Source: Candidatus Sysuiplasma jiujiangense
Lineage (GTDB): Archaea > Thermoplasmatota > Thermoplasmata > Sysuiplasmatales > Sysuiplasmataceae
Assembly (NCBI GenBank): GCA_019721075.1
Contig: JAHEAD010000010.1
Span: 3,400 to 67,399 of the forward strand
DNA: 64,000 bases
Reading direction: 5' to 3'
Positions 54,252 through 62,807 of this stretch are shown piece after piece (position 1 is the stretch's first letter; every line of letters begins with the position of its first letter). The notes under the pieces were generated by a model. The model ran no database searches and had not been told where the DNA came from. It saw only the letters and a program-made list of their open reading frames with translations. Made by a program: the position numbers and the translations under genes.

Positions 54252-54510
54252 TTTGTAACATCCTGCCCGCAGGCAAAGGGTATAGATTCTGCCTGAATTT
54301 GAAACCATTGGCCCGCGTTTACATTTCAGACTTTCCAATCCACATAGTATATCTTCCTGTCAGATTCTCAAACAGAGCAATAAATCGGCCCCGCTGAAGC
54401 AGACATCATGAGCCGTCATCGTGGCGGGCGCACCCGGGGAGCTGAAAAACTGTCCTGTTTTGATGGAAACACTATTAATGGTCTACTGAATCTCAACCTG
54501 CGGAACCCGC

Positions 54511-55893
54511 ATGACTGTATGTGCACTCGACTTCCGTTACGGAAGGGAGGAAATGAAGGCAATATTCAGCGAAGAGGCAAAGATACGGTACATGCTGAAG
54601 GTGGAAAGTGCGCTAGCGAGTGCGGAGGCTGAGCGCGGCCTTATTCCAAAGCAGGCTGCAAGGGCCATTGGTTCGGCAGTCGCAGGTGATTCGGTCAAAA
54701 TCGAAAGGGTAAGGGAGATTGAGGCTGAGATAAACCACGACGTAATGGCAATGGTCAGGGCGCTTAGCGAGGTGTCGGGGAAGGGATCTCCCTACGTGCA
54801 TTATGGCGCGACATCGAATGACATCATCGACACATCCACTGCACTCCAGCTCAGGGAGGGAATCGGGCTCATCAGAAAGGGCGTCATAGAACTGGAGCGC
54901 GTGATTGCGAAGAGGGCGATGGAGGAAAGGGCTACCGTGATGCTCGGCAGGACACACGGTCAGGCTGCGCTGCCGATTACATTTGGACTGAAACTTGCCG
55001 TCTTCCTTTCTGAGATTGACAGGCAGCTTGAAAGACTGGAAGAGTGCGAGAAGAGGGCCGTCGTTGGCAAGATGTCGGGAGCAGTCGGTACTGGTGCCTC
55101 CTTCGGCGCCGAATTCTTCAGGCTGCAGAGCGGCGTCATGAAGAAACTCGGTATAGGATATGAGGAGGCGAGCAGCCAGATCGTGGGCAGGGACCGATAC
55201 GCAGAGCTCGTTTCAGTCCTGTCGAATCTGGTCACCACATGCGAAAAGATGGCAACCGAAGTGAGAAATCTGCAGAGGACTGAAATAGACGAGGTGGAGG
55301 AATATTTCGATTCCGCCAGACAGGTGGGCAGTTCCACCATGGCACAGAAGAGGAATCCGGTGAAGGCGGAAAACATATGCGGTCTCGCAAGGATCGCGCG
55401 TGCATTTGTCACACCCTCCCTGGAAAACATGATACTGTGGCATGAAAGGGATCTGACCAATTCCAGCGCCGAGAGGATAATTCTTCCGCATGTAATGGTC
55501 CTTGCCGACGATATCGTTTACAAGACATCGGATTTGTTCCGGACACTTCTCGTGAAAAGGGAAGTGATGCGCAGAAACATAGAGAATGTCAGGGGTATCG
55601 TCATGGCGGAGAGATTCATGCTCAGGCTTGCAGACAGTTACGGAAGGCAGGAGGCGCATGAAATCATCAGGAAGATTGCCATGAAATCGGAAGAGAAGGG
55701 AATAACATTCGGAGACGCATTGCTGTCATCTGCAGAGGTGATGAAGGTCCTGAGCAAAGAGGAGGTCATGGAACTCCTGGATCCCGACTCCTACACAGGG
55801 CATTCGGTTAAAATAACGGAAATGGTTGTCGAACGTGTCAGCAGAACGAGGTCGCTGAACATATCTTCTGCGAGGCATTCAGCCAATGGATAG
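54511..55893 (+). CDS. purB: Adenylosuccinate lyase
   Basis: HYGATSND, GRTHGQ, GSSTMAQKRNP and HERDLTNS. Confidence 0.97.
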   Translation: MTVCALDFRYGREEMKAIFSEEAKIRYMLKVESALASAEAERGLIPKQAARAIGSAVAGDSVKIERVREIEAEINHDVMAMVRALSEVSGKGSPYVHYGATSNDIIDTSTALQLREGIGLIRKGVIELERVIAKRAMEERATVMLGRTHGQAALPITFGLKLAVFLSEIDRQLERLEECEKRAVVGKMSGAVGTGASFGAEFFRLQSGVMKKLGIGYEEASSQIVGRDRYAELVSVLSNLVTTCEKMATEVRNLQRTEIDEVEEYFDSARQVGSSTMAQKRNPVKAENICGLARIARAFVTPSLENMILWHERDLTNSSAERIILPHVMVLADDIVYKTSDLFRTLLVKREVMRRNIENVRGIVMAERFMLRLADSYGRQEAHEIIRKIAMKSEEKGITFGDALLSSAEVMKVLSKEEVMELLDPDSYTGHSVKITEMVVERVSRTRSLNISSARHSANG

Positions 55894-55901
55894 ACAGCTT
55901 T

Positions 55902-55994
55902 GGGCCCATAGATCAGTGGATGCTGCAGCGGCAGCCGCTACAGATCGCCGCCTTCGCAAGGCGGAGGCCGCGGGTTCAAATCCCGCTGGGTCCA
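55902..55994 (+). tRNA. tRNA-Ala(CGC) with a 21-nt intron in the D-loop (55921-55941, position 20/21)
   Basis: Acceptor stem GGGCCCA/TGGGTCC with the G3:U70 Ala determinant, anticodon arm CCGCC-TTCGCAA-GGCGG, T-arm GCGGG-TTCAAAT-CCCGC; CCA not encoded. Confidence 0.93.
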
Positions 55995-56167
55995 TATAAT
56001 CTATTCGTCGAGTAATATATTTGCCATCGGTGCGTTAGCCTCATTGTGACTTTCCGGAGCAAATACGATCATTTGTTGAAAGACAACAGGTTTCGCGATT
56101 GTTCGAGAACCTGAAAGCAAAATCAGTCCTTGCAGCAACAGTTTATCTTCGCAATCTCGGCCATTAA

Positions 56168-56822
56168 CCCATAACTCCATCAATTGTGAATAATAGGTAT
56201 CTCCAGCTTGTTTATGATCTCTCTTGTCTTCTTCGGTATCTCCGTCATTATCCATTGCCCATCGACGCTGAGCATCTGGACCCTTGACAGATGCTCGAGC
56301 ACGTCCATCGGCGAATACTTATTCAGCATATCGTGTGAAGCAAGCAGTTTGTGTATGCGGTATTAGAGCACCATGACAATGAAATTGACGACCAGCCAGC
56401 CGTTCAGCTGGCAGTCGTCGCGCATGCACGAGCGGTCTGCGTGTACAATGTTCTTGAATGTGTCATAGAGCTGCTCTATGTCAACCCTTGACTCCAGCAG
56501 CTCGAATATGCGCTCCCCCTCCTCATCCAGGTCTGTGATCACTGCAATGGTGCCCATCCTGTGCTGTGCCTGGAAGTAATCCCTCATCGCCTTGTGTTTC
56601 CTTCTCCCCTTCTCCCTGTTCCATACGCTCGTGACCTTTTAGGGATAGTACCTGTCACCACGCCTGATCACATGCGTTCCTTTCGTCCTGTGCTTCAGAA
56701 CCCAGTTTGTATGAGTCATATTAGGGAAGTGAATAGTAAATCCACTAAGTGGATTCTTTGGTTTCACGAAGGAAAACTGCTTCACAAGACGCCCATTATG
56801 CAAAAACCCACGGAGCTAACGT
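56168..56822 (-). mobile_element. Internally deleted, non-autonomous IS (IS1634/IS4-like)
   Basis: Imperfect terminal inverted repeats CCCATAACTCC / GGAGCTAACGT with TTAA on both flanks; encloses a transposase remnant. Confidence 0.7.
56180..56719 (-). pseudogene. Transposase pseudogene (N- and C-termini joined, two in-frame stops)
   Basis: One frame reads MTHTNWVLKHRTKG...RYYP*KVTSVW...RVDIEQLYDTFKN...VL*YRI...EIPKKTREIINKLEIPIIHN*. Confidence 0.8.
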
Positions 56823-56976
56823 TTAACCTGAGAGACGCGGCGTCAGATGTATAGAGCACTGTTATGAAGTGTATCAAACACGAATTCTCGTGCGAAGAGA
56901 GCCTTAAACCATGCCAGACGATCAGATGAAACTGGCCTATCTTTACTTCTGTGGATCTACTTGAATGCACCTTACT

Positions 56977-58086
56977 TTATACATGTGATGCTTCAACTGA
57001 AAATATAGGCGGGAGAATATTGCTGATGCAGGACCAGCTGTCACCTGCATTTCTGCTGTAATACAGATGTCCTGTAGTGGTGCCGAAATATATCCCGCAG
57101 GGATCTTCCCCGTCCGCCTTCATGCCATCCCTGAGCACTTCGAAGTATGCAACCTTCGGTATACCGCGGTTCAGAGGAAACCATTCGCCGCCCTCGTTGT
57201 CGGAAGCCCAGACACTGAAGCGGCCGTTTTCAGGTATTCTGGAATAGTCTCCTTCAAGAGGAGCGACGAAAATCCGGGAACCTCCGGAATCGTCTATTGC
57301 AATCGGGAAGCCAAATCTTGACGGCAGATTGCCGGTTATTTTTGTCCAGCTCTTCCCGTTATTCCTGCTGCGAAAAACACCGCAATGGTTTTGCTGGAAA
57401 AGAGTATCCGGTTTTTTTCTGTTTCTGACAAGTTTGTGAACACACTGACCGAAAACAGGGTACTTCTTGGCACCCGGAAAGAAATCCGCCAGGACGTTCC
57501 TGTTCTGAAAATCCCAGTTGTCGCCGCCGTCAGAGCTAAACAGGGTCCCGACAGCCGAAATACCAACGTGGAGGCTGCTCTCATTGCGATCATCAGGCAG
57601 AATGGTGTGCAGGCAGAGACCCCCGTTTCCTGGTGACCAGTCTTTCCTCGTGCTGTGGTTAAGGAGTCCCTCGTCTACCTGCCAGGTTTCTCCTCTGTCA
57701 TTGCTTTTGAAAAGACACGCAGGTTCAACACCCAAATACAAACGCTCCGGTGCACTCTCATTCCCGGGCCTGATGTTCCATACCCTGGCAACCGAGAGGC
57801 CGGAACTTTCGGGAAATCTTGGCGGACTTTTGCTTTCCTTCCAGCTTTCACCCAAATCATGGCTGATGGAAACAGTCGGTCCCCACTGTTCACTGTTTAC
57901 AGATGCGAGGAGCGTCCCGTTTCTCCTGTCATATGTGAAATGATATATCTGCTTTCCACGGAAAAACGGTCCTGACGCCTTCCATGATCTTCTGCCGTCC
58001 TTGGAACGGAACAGAAATGCGCCTTTCTTGGTTCCAACCATCAGCAATATTTCGCCAGGCACCTTTTTCATTTTTCTGCCAGCCAT
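56977..58086 (-). CDS. BNR/Asp-box beta-propeller protein (sialidase-like fold, no signal peptide)
   Basis: Seven SxDxGxxW-type repeats, GTKKGAF, GQCVHK and QNHCGVFRS. Confidence 0.9.
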   Translation of the reverse strand: MAGRKMKKVPGEILLMVGTKKGAFLFRSKDGRRSWKASGPFFRGKQIYHFTYDRRNGTLLASVNSEQWGPTVSISHDLGESWKESKSPPRFPESSGLSVARVWNIRPGNESAPERLYLGVEPACLFKSNDRGETWQVDEGLLNHSTRKDWSPGNGGLCLHTILPDDRNESSLHVGISAVGTLFSSDGGDNWDFQNRNVLADFFPGAKKYPVFGQCVHKLVRNRKKPDTLFQQNHCGVFRSRNNGKSWTKITGNLPSRFGFPIAIDDSGGSRIFVAPLEGDYSRIPENGRFSVWASDNEGGEWFPLNRGIPKVAYFEVLRDGMKADGEDPCGIYFGTTTGHLYYSRNAGDSWSCISNILPPIFSVEASHV

Positions 58087-58091
58087 AAATT

Positions 58092-58379
58092 TCAGCCTCC
58101 TGCAACCGATGGCAGTATTACCACTTCCCTGGCACCAGAGAGCGAAGTACTGACACCATCCCTGCTCCTAATATCCTCACTGTCGACAAAAATATTCACA
58201 TATCTGCGCACCTTGCCCTGATCATCCAGCAGGCGCATCGATATTCCAGGAAATCTGGAATTAAGTGCATCAATCAGTGCCCCGACAGAAGATATTTCCC
58301 CAAACTCCAGTTCACAGACCCCGTTGGTATAATCCCGGAGGTGAACGGAAAGAATCACACGAATGCCTTGGCCCTTCAT
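58092..58379 (-). CDS. MoaD/ThiS/SAMP-like ubiquitin-fold protein
   Basis: RRYVNIFVD..DIR and a C-terminal PSVAGG diglycine. Confidence 0.92.
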   Translation of the reverse strand: MKGQGIRVILSVHLRDYTNGVCELEFGEISSVGALIDALNSRFPGISMRLLDDQGKVRRYVNIFVDSEDIRSRDGVSTSLSGAREVVILPSVAGG

Positions 58380-58549
58380 ACCTGGTAATCACTCACAGCC
58401 TTGTTGAATGTCATATTCAAAAAAATCGGCTTCCACTTGATGCACCAGGCAAATTTTAGATGGAATCGTGCTGCCACCTAATAAAACATGCTCAGCAAAA
58501 ATTACTAAATTCGTAGTCATCAATCTGTCAAAAATCGGATAAATCGGAT

Positions 58550-60201
58550 GTAACTACTCAGAATCCCGGCTATCAATTTTGAGTGATTCCTGTCCTGTAA
58601 TCGCCGACAAGCGATGACAGGACTGTGGATATGAAGTCCTGTTTCCTCTTTCTGCAGGTGCGGTATACAGACAGGATACATTCGAGTGCATGTGCTCCAT
58701 CCCATGTCCTCCTTCCGCCGCTTATCTTGCGGTGGAGTACACCGTGCCTTATCGCATTCTCGGCACGATTGTTGTGCCATGGTACACCTCTTTGCCTGAG
58801 GAACGTGAAGAGCATTCCGAACCGCCGCCTGAGCTCGGCGGCAATGTGTGCAGCATCCCCATCCCTCCATCTTCTGTCAAGCAGGGCAGAGAGCGCCCTG
58901 CTGGCAATTGTGAACGCCCTCTTCCTTGCACAGTTGGATTTGTCCGTTGCGTGTACGGCCCTTGCGAGTATTCTCCTGACACCGTCAGCGAAAGATATGA
59001 ACTCATCCGGCGGTCTGCCACGCCTGGTGAGCATGGGTGGTCTGTTTCCGAGTAGCGGCCTCGGCTCAATGCCGTGCCTGACTTCAGCCCTTTCAATCCA
59101 TCTGTTGACGTGAAGCAGGTCAAGCTGGTGCTTTGCAGTTGTTATGGCGTTGTACGGTTTCCAGTCGTCATGGCATAATGTGCCTGTGTATCCTGAGAGC
59201 AGTTCGAGTGGAACCGCCTTTCCCCTCGTGTTTGCCACACGGTAGACGACAGACGAGTTTGTTGCTATCACCCACAGCCACCCGTTATCTCCTCCGATCC
59301 TGAGCCTGGTCTCGTCCGCGCCTGCATTCCCGTGCCTCTTCAGATTCTTCTTCAGTCTGCAGTACAGTGGTTCGAGCGATGATGCGACCCACCGTTCCAT
59401 TGAGAGTACTGTCGCATCGCTCATCTCAATGCCATACGACTCCCTGAGCATTGTCCGCACACTGCCTATGCTCATTCCAAGCATGCGCATGTGCGACATG
59501 TGCGATGCAAGCACAGGACCGAACTGTATGCTGGGAGGGAAGGGTGACGGCGCAGTCACCCTGCTGTGGCAGTTCGGGCAGCGGTATCTGTTGAGCATGA
59601 GTTCATAGACAACTGGTTTGGGCGGCGGTATGTCTGTTATTGTCCTTGAAAGCACGTCGGAGGGTTCACCGAGCGGTGAACCACACGCAGTGCATCTGTC
59701 AAGGGATATGATGACAGGTGCGGAGTTTGTTTCCGGTCTCTTCCTGCCACGGCCATCATGGCCGGGCTGCCCTCCCGGCTTCCTGTTCGTGTACCTCGGC
59801 CGGTGGTAGAATATCCTGCTCGTGGGCACACCGCCGGCCTCTGCTGTTCTGTCGGATGATGAGAGCATCTGGGGTGTGCTCTCAAGCTTTCTTATCCTGT
59901 CGTTGAGGCGCTTGTTCTCTTCCCTGAGTTCTTTCAGCTCCTTCTTCAGTTCTCTGTTCTCCTCCTCCATCTTCTCGAGCCGTCGGAACTGCCTGAGAAG
60001 TTCCCTTTTCTCTTCCTTTGTGAACGTGAGCTTTTCATCATCTTCGAGCAGGAAGACAGAAGGCTGTTTCGCGGTGAGTCACCGCGTAGGAGTAATGGCG
60101 ATCCTAGTTATATATCTATGTACGATTTGAATAAAAATAAACAATGCAGAGCGGGAGAAGAGTGTTCATCCTTCTCGTTTACCGAAAACGTGAGCTGTTA
60201 C
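58550..60201 (-). mobile_element. IS66-family insertion sequence, 1652 bp
   Basis: Ends GTAACTACTCA / TGAGCTGTTAC; 8-bp target duplication AATCGGAT at 58542-58549 and 60202-60209. Confidence 0.92.
58573..59970 (-). CDS. IS66-family transposase
   Basis: Coiled coil, KPGGQPGH, CxxC Zn finger, ADET...WLW and NNRAENAIR. Confidence 0.93.
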   Translation of the reverse strand: MEEENRELKKELKELREENKRLNDRIRKLESTPQMLSSSDRTAEAGGVPTSRIFYHRPRYTNRKPGGQPGHDGRGRKRPETNSAPVIISLDRCTACGSPLGEPSDVLSRTITDIPPPKPVVYELMLNRYRCPNCHSRVTAPSPFPPSIQFGPVLASHMSHMRMLGMSIGSVRTMLRESYGIEMSDATVLSMERWVASSLEPLYCRLKKNLKRHGNAGADETRLRIGGDNGWLWVIATNSSVVYRVANTRGKAVPLELLSGYTGTLCHDDWKPYNAITTAKHQLDLLHVNRWIERAEVRHGIEPRPLLGNRPPMLTRRGRPPDEFISFADGVRRILARAVHATDKSNCARKRAFTIASRALSALLDRRWRDGDAAHIAAELRRRFGMLFTFLRQRGVPWHNNRAENAIRHGVLHRKISGGRRTWDGAHALECILSVYRTCRKRKQDFISTVLSSLVGDYRTGITQN

Positions 60202-60524
60202 AATCGGATAATACACGCTTTTGCCTGAAAAGTAAAACCGCTATTGAAAGTCAGTAGTGATAGGAGGTAGCTCCTGCGCCGCGCCTTGTTGCAGTTCAAT
60301 CCACTGTGTGGGGATACGGTCATTTCCCGGCACATGTCCGTAGAGACCTGATCCCAGTGCGACCCTTTAGACAGAGAAAGATTGCAGGAAAAGCAGGGAG
60401 ATCGCCAGTTGTGGAGGCTTGCAGCTGCGCTGAGGAAGAAAGATGTGTTCCTTTGCCACGAGTATAGGAAGTGACCCGAACTCCTTCAGAGGAAGGAGTG
60501 AAATGTCTGCCGTAAATAGCCTCC

Positions 60525-61277
60525 TCAGGATCCTTGTGTTTTCAAAATCCTGAGCTCATAGTTGCCAGTACTGCGAAATGTTTCTCCAAGCGCTTCGATA
60601 GCGAGTTTTTCAGCATTGACGGTGGTCATCTCCCTGTATTTGGTTTCAAGCAGACTGGTTGCATCGTCAGCCCCGGAACCCATCGCTGCCGCTTTGTACT
60701 CGGAAATACCTCCTGCAGGATCTGCATAAAAAATTACAGGCTTTTCAAGCAGACTGCCTATCAGAAATCCGACACCGAGAGGTCTCTTATTGCGCTCGTA
60801 AAGAAATGGCCTGTATGCCCGCCTTATTGACTCCTTCAGCTGCATATTGTTGCGAGGTTTTGCCTCCCTGATAACATCGATTACGAGGTTTCCGTCTGCA
60901 ATGAGGCCGCTGTAGGTCAGGATGACACGTTCGCCTATCTCGAAAATTTTCCTGGTATCCGTTCTGAGTGGTTGAAGTTTCTCAGGTACCGGCTTGCCGC
61001 AGCAGATGAGCACCCCATCTTTACATGATATACCGACAGAGGTGAAACTCCTGATCACAGCATTCCTCGCATACTCCAATTGATATATTCTGCCTTCAGG
61101 GGAAAACACCAGCTCATCGTCGTAATTTCTGGACATCAGATTGATAGAGCTCATGTACTGTATGAGAGCGGCTCTTGCGATCTCCGCTTTGTTAGTAAAG
61201 AGACCGTTCTTTACAGCCGCGTCCAGATACCTGTCGACCTCTTCCGCCACCTGGATCCTTATTTCTGTCATATCCAA
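60525..61277 (-). CDS. Ribbon-helix-helix domain fused to a proteasome alpha-type subunit
   Basis: Residues 1-45 fit a CopG/Arc RHH pattern (IRIQV-AEEVDRYLDAAV-KNGLFTNKAEIARAAL). Residues 48-250 carry alpha signatures: YD..VFSPEGRIYQLEYA, SGLIAD, RPLGV and DPAG...EYKAAAMGSG. Confidence 0.88.
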   Translation of the reverse strand: MDMTEIRIQVAEEVDRYLDAAVKNGLFTNKAEIARAALIQYMSSINLMSRNYDDELVFSPEGRIYQLEYARNAVIRSFTSVGISCKDGVLICCGKPVPEKLQPLRTDTRKIFEIGERVILTYSGLIADGNLVIDVIREAKPRNNMQLKESIRRAYRPFLYERNKRPLGVGFLIGSLLEKPVIFYADPAGGISEYKAAAMGSGADDATSLLETKYREMTTVNAEKLAIEALGETFRSTGNYELRILKTQGS

Positions 61278-61291
61278 TTAAACTCCATTTA

Positions 61292-61336
61292 AACGTATTG
61301 GTAACGTATGTATGATGTATTTAATATTTACCATAC
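61292..61336. promoter_or_regulatory. AT-rich promoter region of the RHH-alpha gene with direct and inverted repeats
   Basis: AACGTAT at 61292 and 61303; TGGTAA at 61299 and TTACCA at 61328 flank a minus-strand ATTAAATA TATA-like box. Confidence 0.4.
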
Positions 61337-61747
61337 AAGCAAAGCTTGTCGTTATCCGGAAGACTTGAGGGAAGTCCTTCGTTTGTCGAAACAGGCAGGA
61401 AGGAAGTCGCTCGAAAAAGGTGTAGGGATTGAGCATGATTTCACGCCTGGCCTTGACCTGACGCACATGGTGACATAAATTCATGAAACAGACGTCGTTC
61501 GGTGAATAATGCCTAATACCGGATTGAGACGAATCTCTAAAAACTTCATTCCTTGAACAAGGACGATTGCTTCCGCAATACTACGGCAAACGCGCAAACA
61601 TGGTCCCGAGCTTGATTATGACTCTCAAAGATCATTTGTCCTGACGAGTGTGGCAAAATGATCTCCAGAATGACAACGTTCATGAAATAAAAATCGCATC
61701 CCTCGTAACAGCACGTTTCAAATAATTTCAATTATCTTCGGCGTACG

Positions 61748-62308
61748 ATGAGCGGAAACAGCGTCAGTTGGATGCCGTCGCCAAATTTCAATAGCCGAGA
61801 GGGAAAACAGATTGAGATGATTGTGGTGCACCACACGGCGATTCCGACAGCCGACGAAACTATCAGACTGTTCCTCGACCGTAATTCCCGCGTCAGCGCA
61901 CATTACGTTCTTGGAAAAAACGGGGAAGTAATCCACATGGTTAGAGATGAGGACAGGGCGTGGCATGCGGGTGTCAGCAGATGGAAGGGCACTGACAACT
62001 GCAACGACTATTCAATCGGAATTGAGATTGTGAACAGGGGGGACGGAAAAGACCCTTTCACATCGGAACAGTATTACGCTCTCACTGAACTTGTGGGAAG
62101 ACTTGTGTCAGAATACGGCATAAAGAAAGACATGGTCGTCGGACACAGGGACATAGCACTGCCGCCGGGAAGAAAGATTGATCCGGCAGATAATTTCGAC
62201 TGGTCCAGACTTGAGAAATACGCCGACAGAAGCGCTGTGGTCGAACTGGCAAACCAGATGCAACTTGATTACATAAGAGACCGCGGCGGCAATGTCACGG
62301 TCGATTGA
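61748..62308 (+). CDS. N-acetylmuramoyl-L-alanine amidase (Amidase_2, AmpD-like)
   Basis: IVVHHTA, VSAHY, RAWHAG, NDYSIGIE and GHRDIA..GRKIDP, with the Zn ligands H/H/D intact. Confidence 0.93.
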   Translation: MSGNSVSWMPSPNFNSREGKQIEMIVVHHTAIPTADETIRLFLDRNSRVSAHYVLGKNGEVIHMVRDEDRAWHAGVSRWKGTDNCNDYSIGIEIVNRGDGKDPFTSEQYYALTELVGRLVSEYGIKKDMVVGHRDIALPPGRKIDPADNFDWSRLEKYADRSAVVELANQMQLDYIRDRGGNVTVD

Positions 62309-62609
62309 TGACCTGAACGGCGTAATTAATCACATGTTACAATTCGCAATATGTGAGTGTGATATACACATATTGCTTTTTGGCGTATGGAGTGCGGAGG
62401 CAGGAGATACGATGCTGTCGCATAAAACATGTGACTCCTTCGGGGAGACTGATGAAATTCGTTGTCAATTTCAGGAACAGGGTTCAATTCAGAATTCGTG
62501 TTCTTCTGCTGCTGACCGGATTAGTGCGCAGCACCGGTTTTTCTCAACACTTGTAAAAGCGGGTTGATGATTTGATGCATATTGGTCTGGACCGACTGAA
62601 AGCAGAATT

Positions 62610-62807
62610 TTAAATCAGAAAGGCAGTGAAGGCAAGAGAGGCAAATATCACTATATGGCCGAGGAGACCCAGCCTGAGTATGTGCATTCCCCTTGCATCG
62701 AGTTCACCCTTGCGGAAACTTTTCGCTGCGCCCGCATATATGCCCATGTAGATTGAAAGGAAAGCACCTGCAAACAGTATGACCGCGATGAGTGCGCTGA
62801 TGACCAT
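62610..62807 (-). CDS. Small two-TM membrane protein
   Basis: Two hydrophobic segments; start abuts the upstream gene's stop. Confidence 0.6.
   Translation of the reverse strand: MVISALIAVILFAGAFLSIYMGIYAGAAKSFRKGELDARGMHILRLGLLGHIVIFASLAFTAFLI

Noticed and set aside
56001-56255. 84-aa ORF after tRNA-Ala
   Set aside because: It starts in an alternate frame of the transposase remnant and crosses the IS end, so it is probably not a gene.
60525-61277. Toxin-antitoxin pair, or an ordinary psmA
   Set aside because: There is no stop between the RHH and alpha parts, no adjacent toxin ORF, and the alpha part is divergent and outside the usual psmA context.
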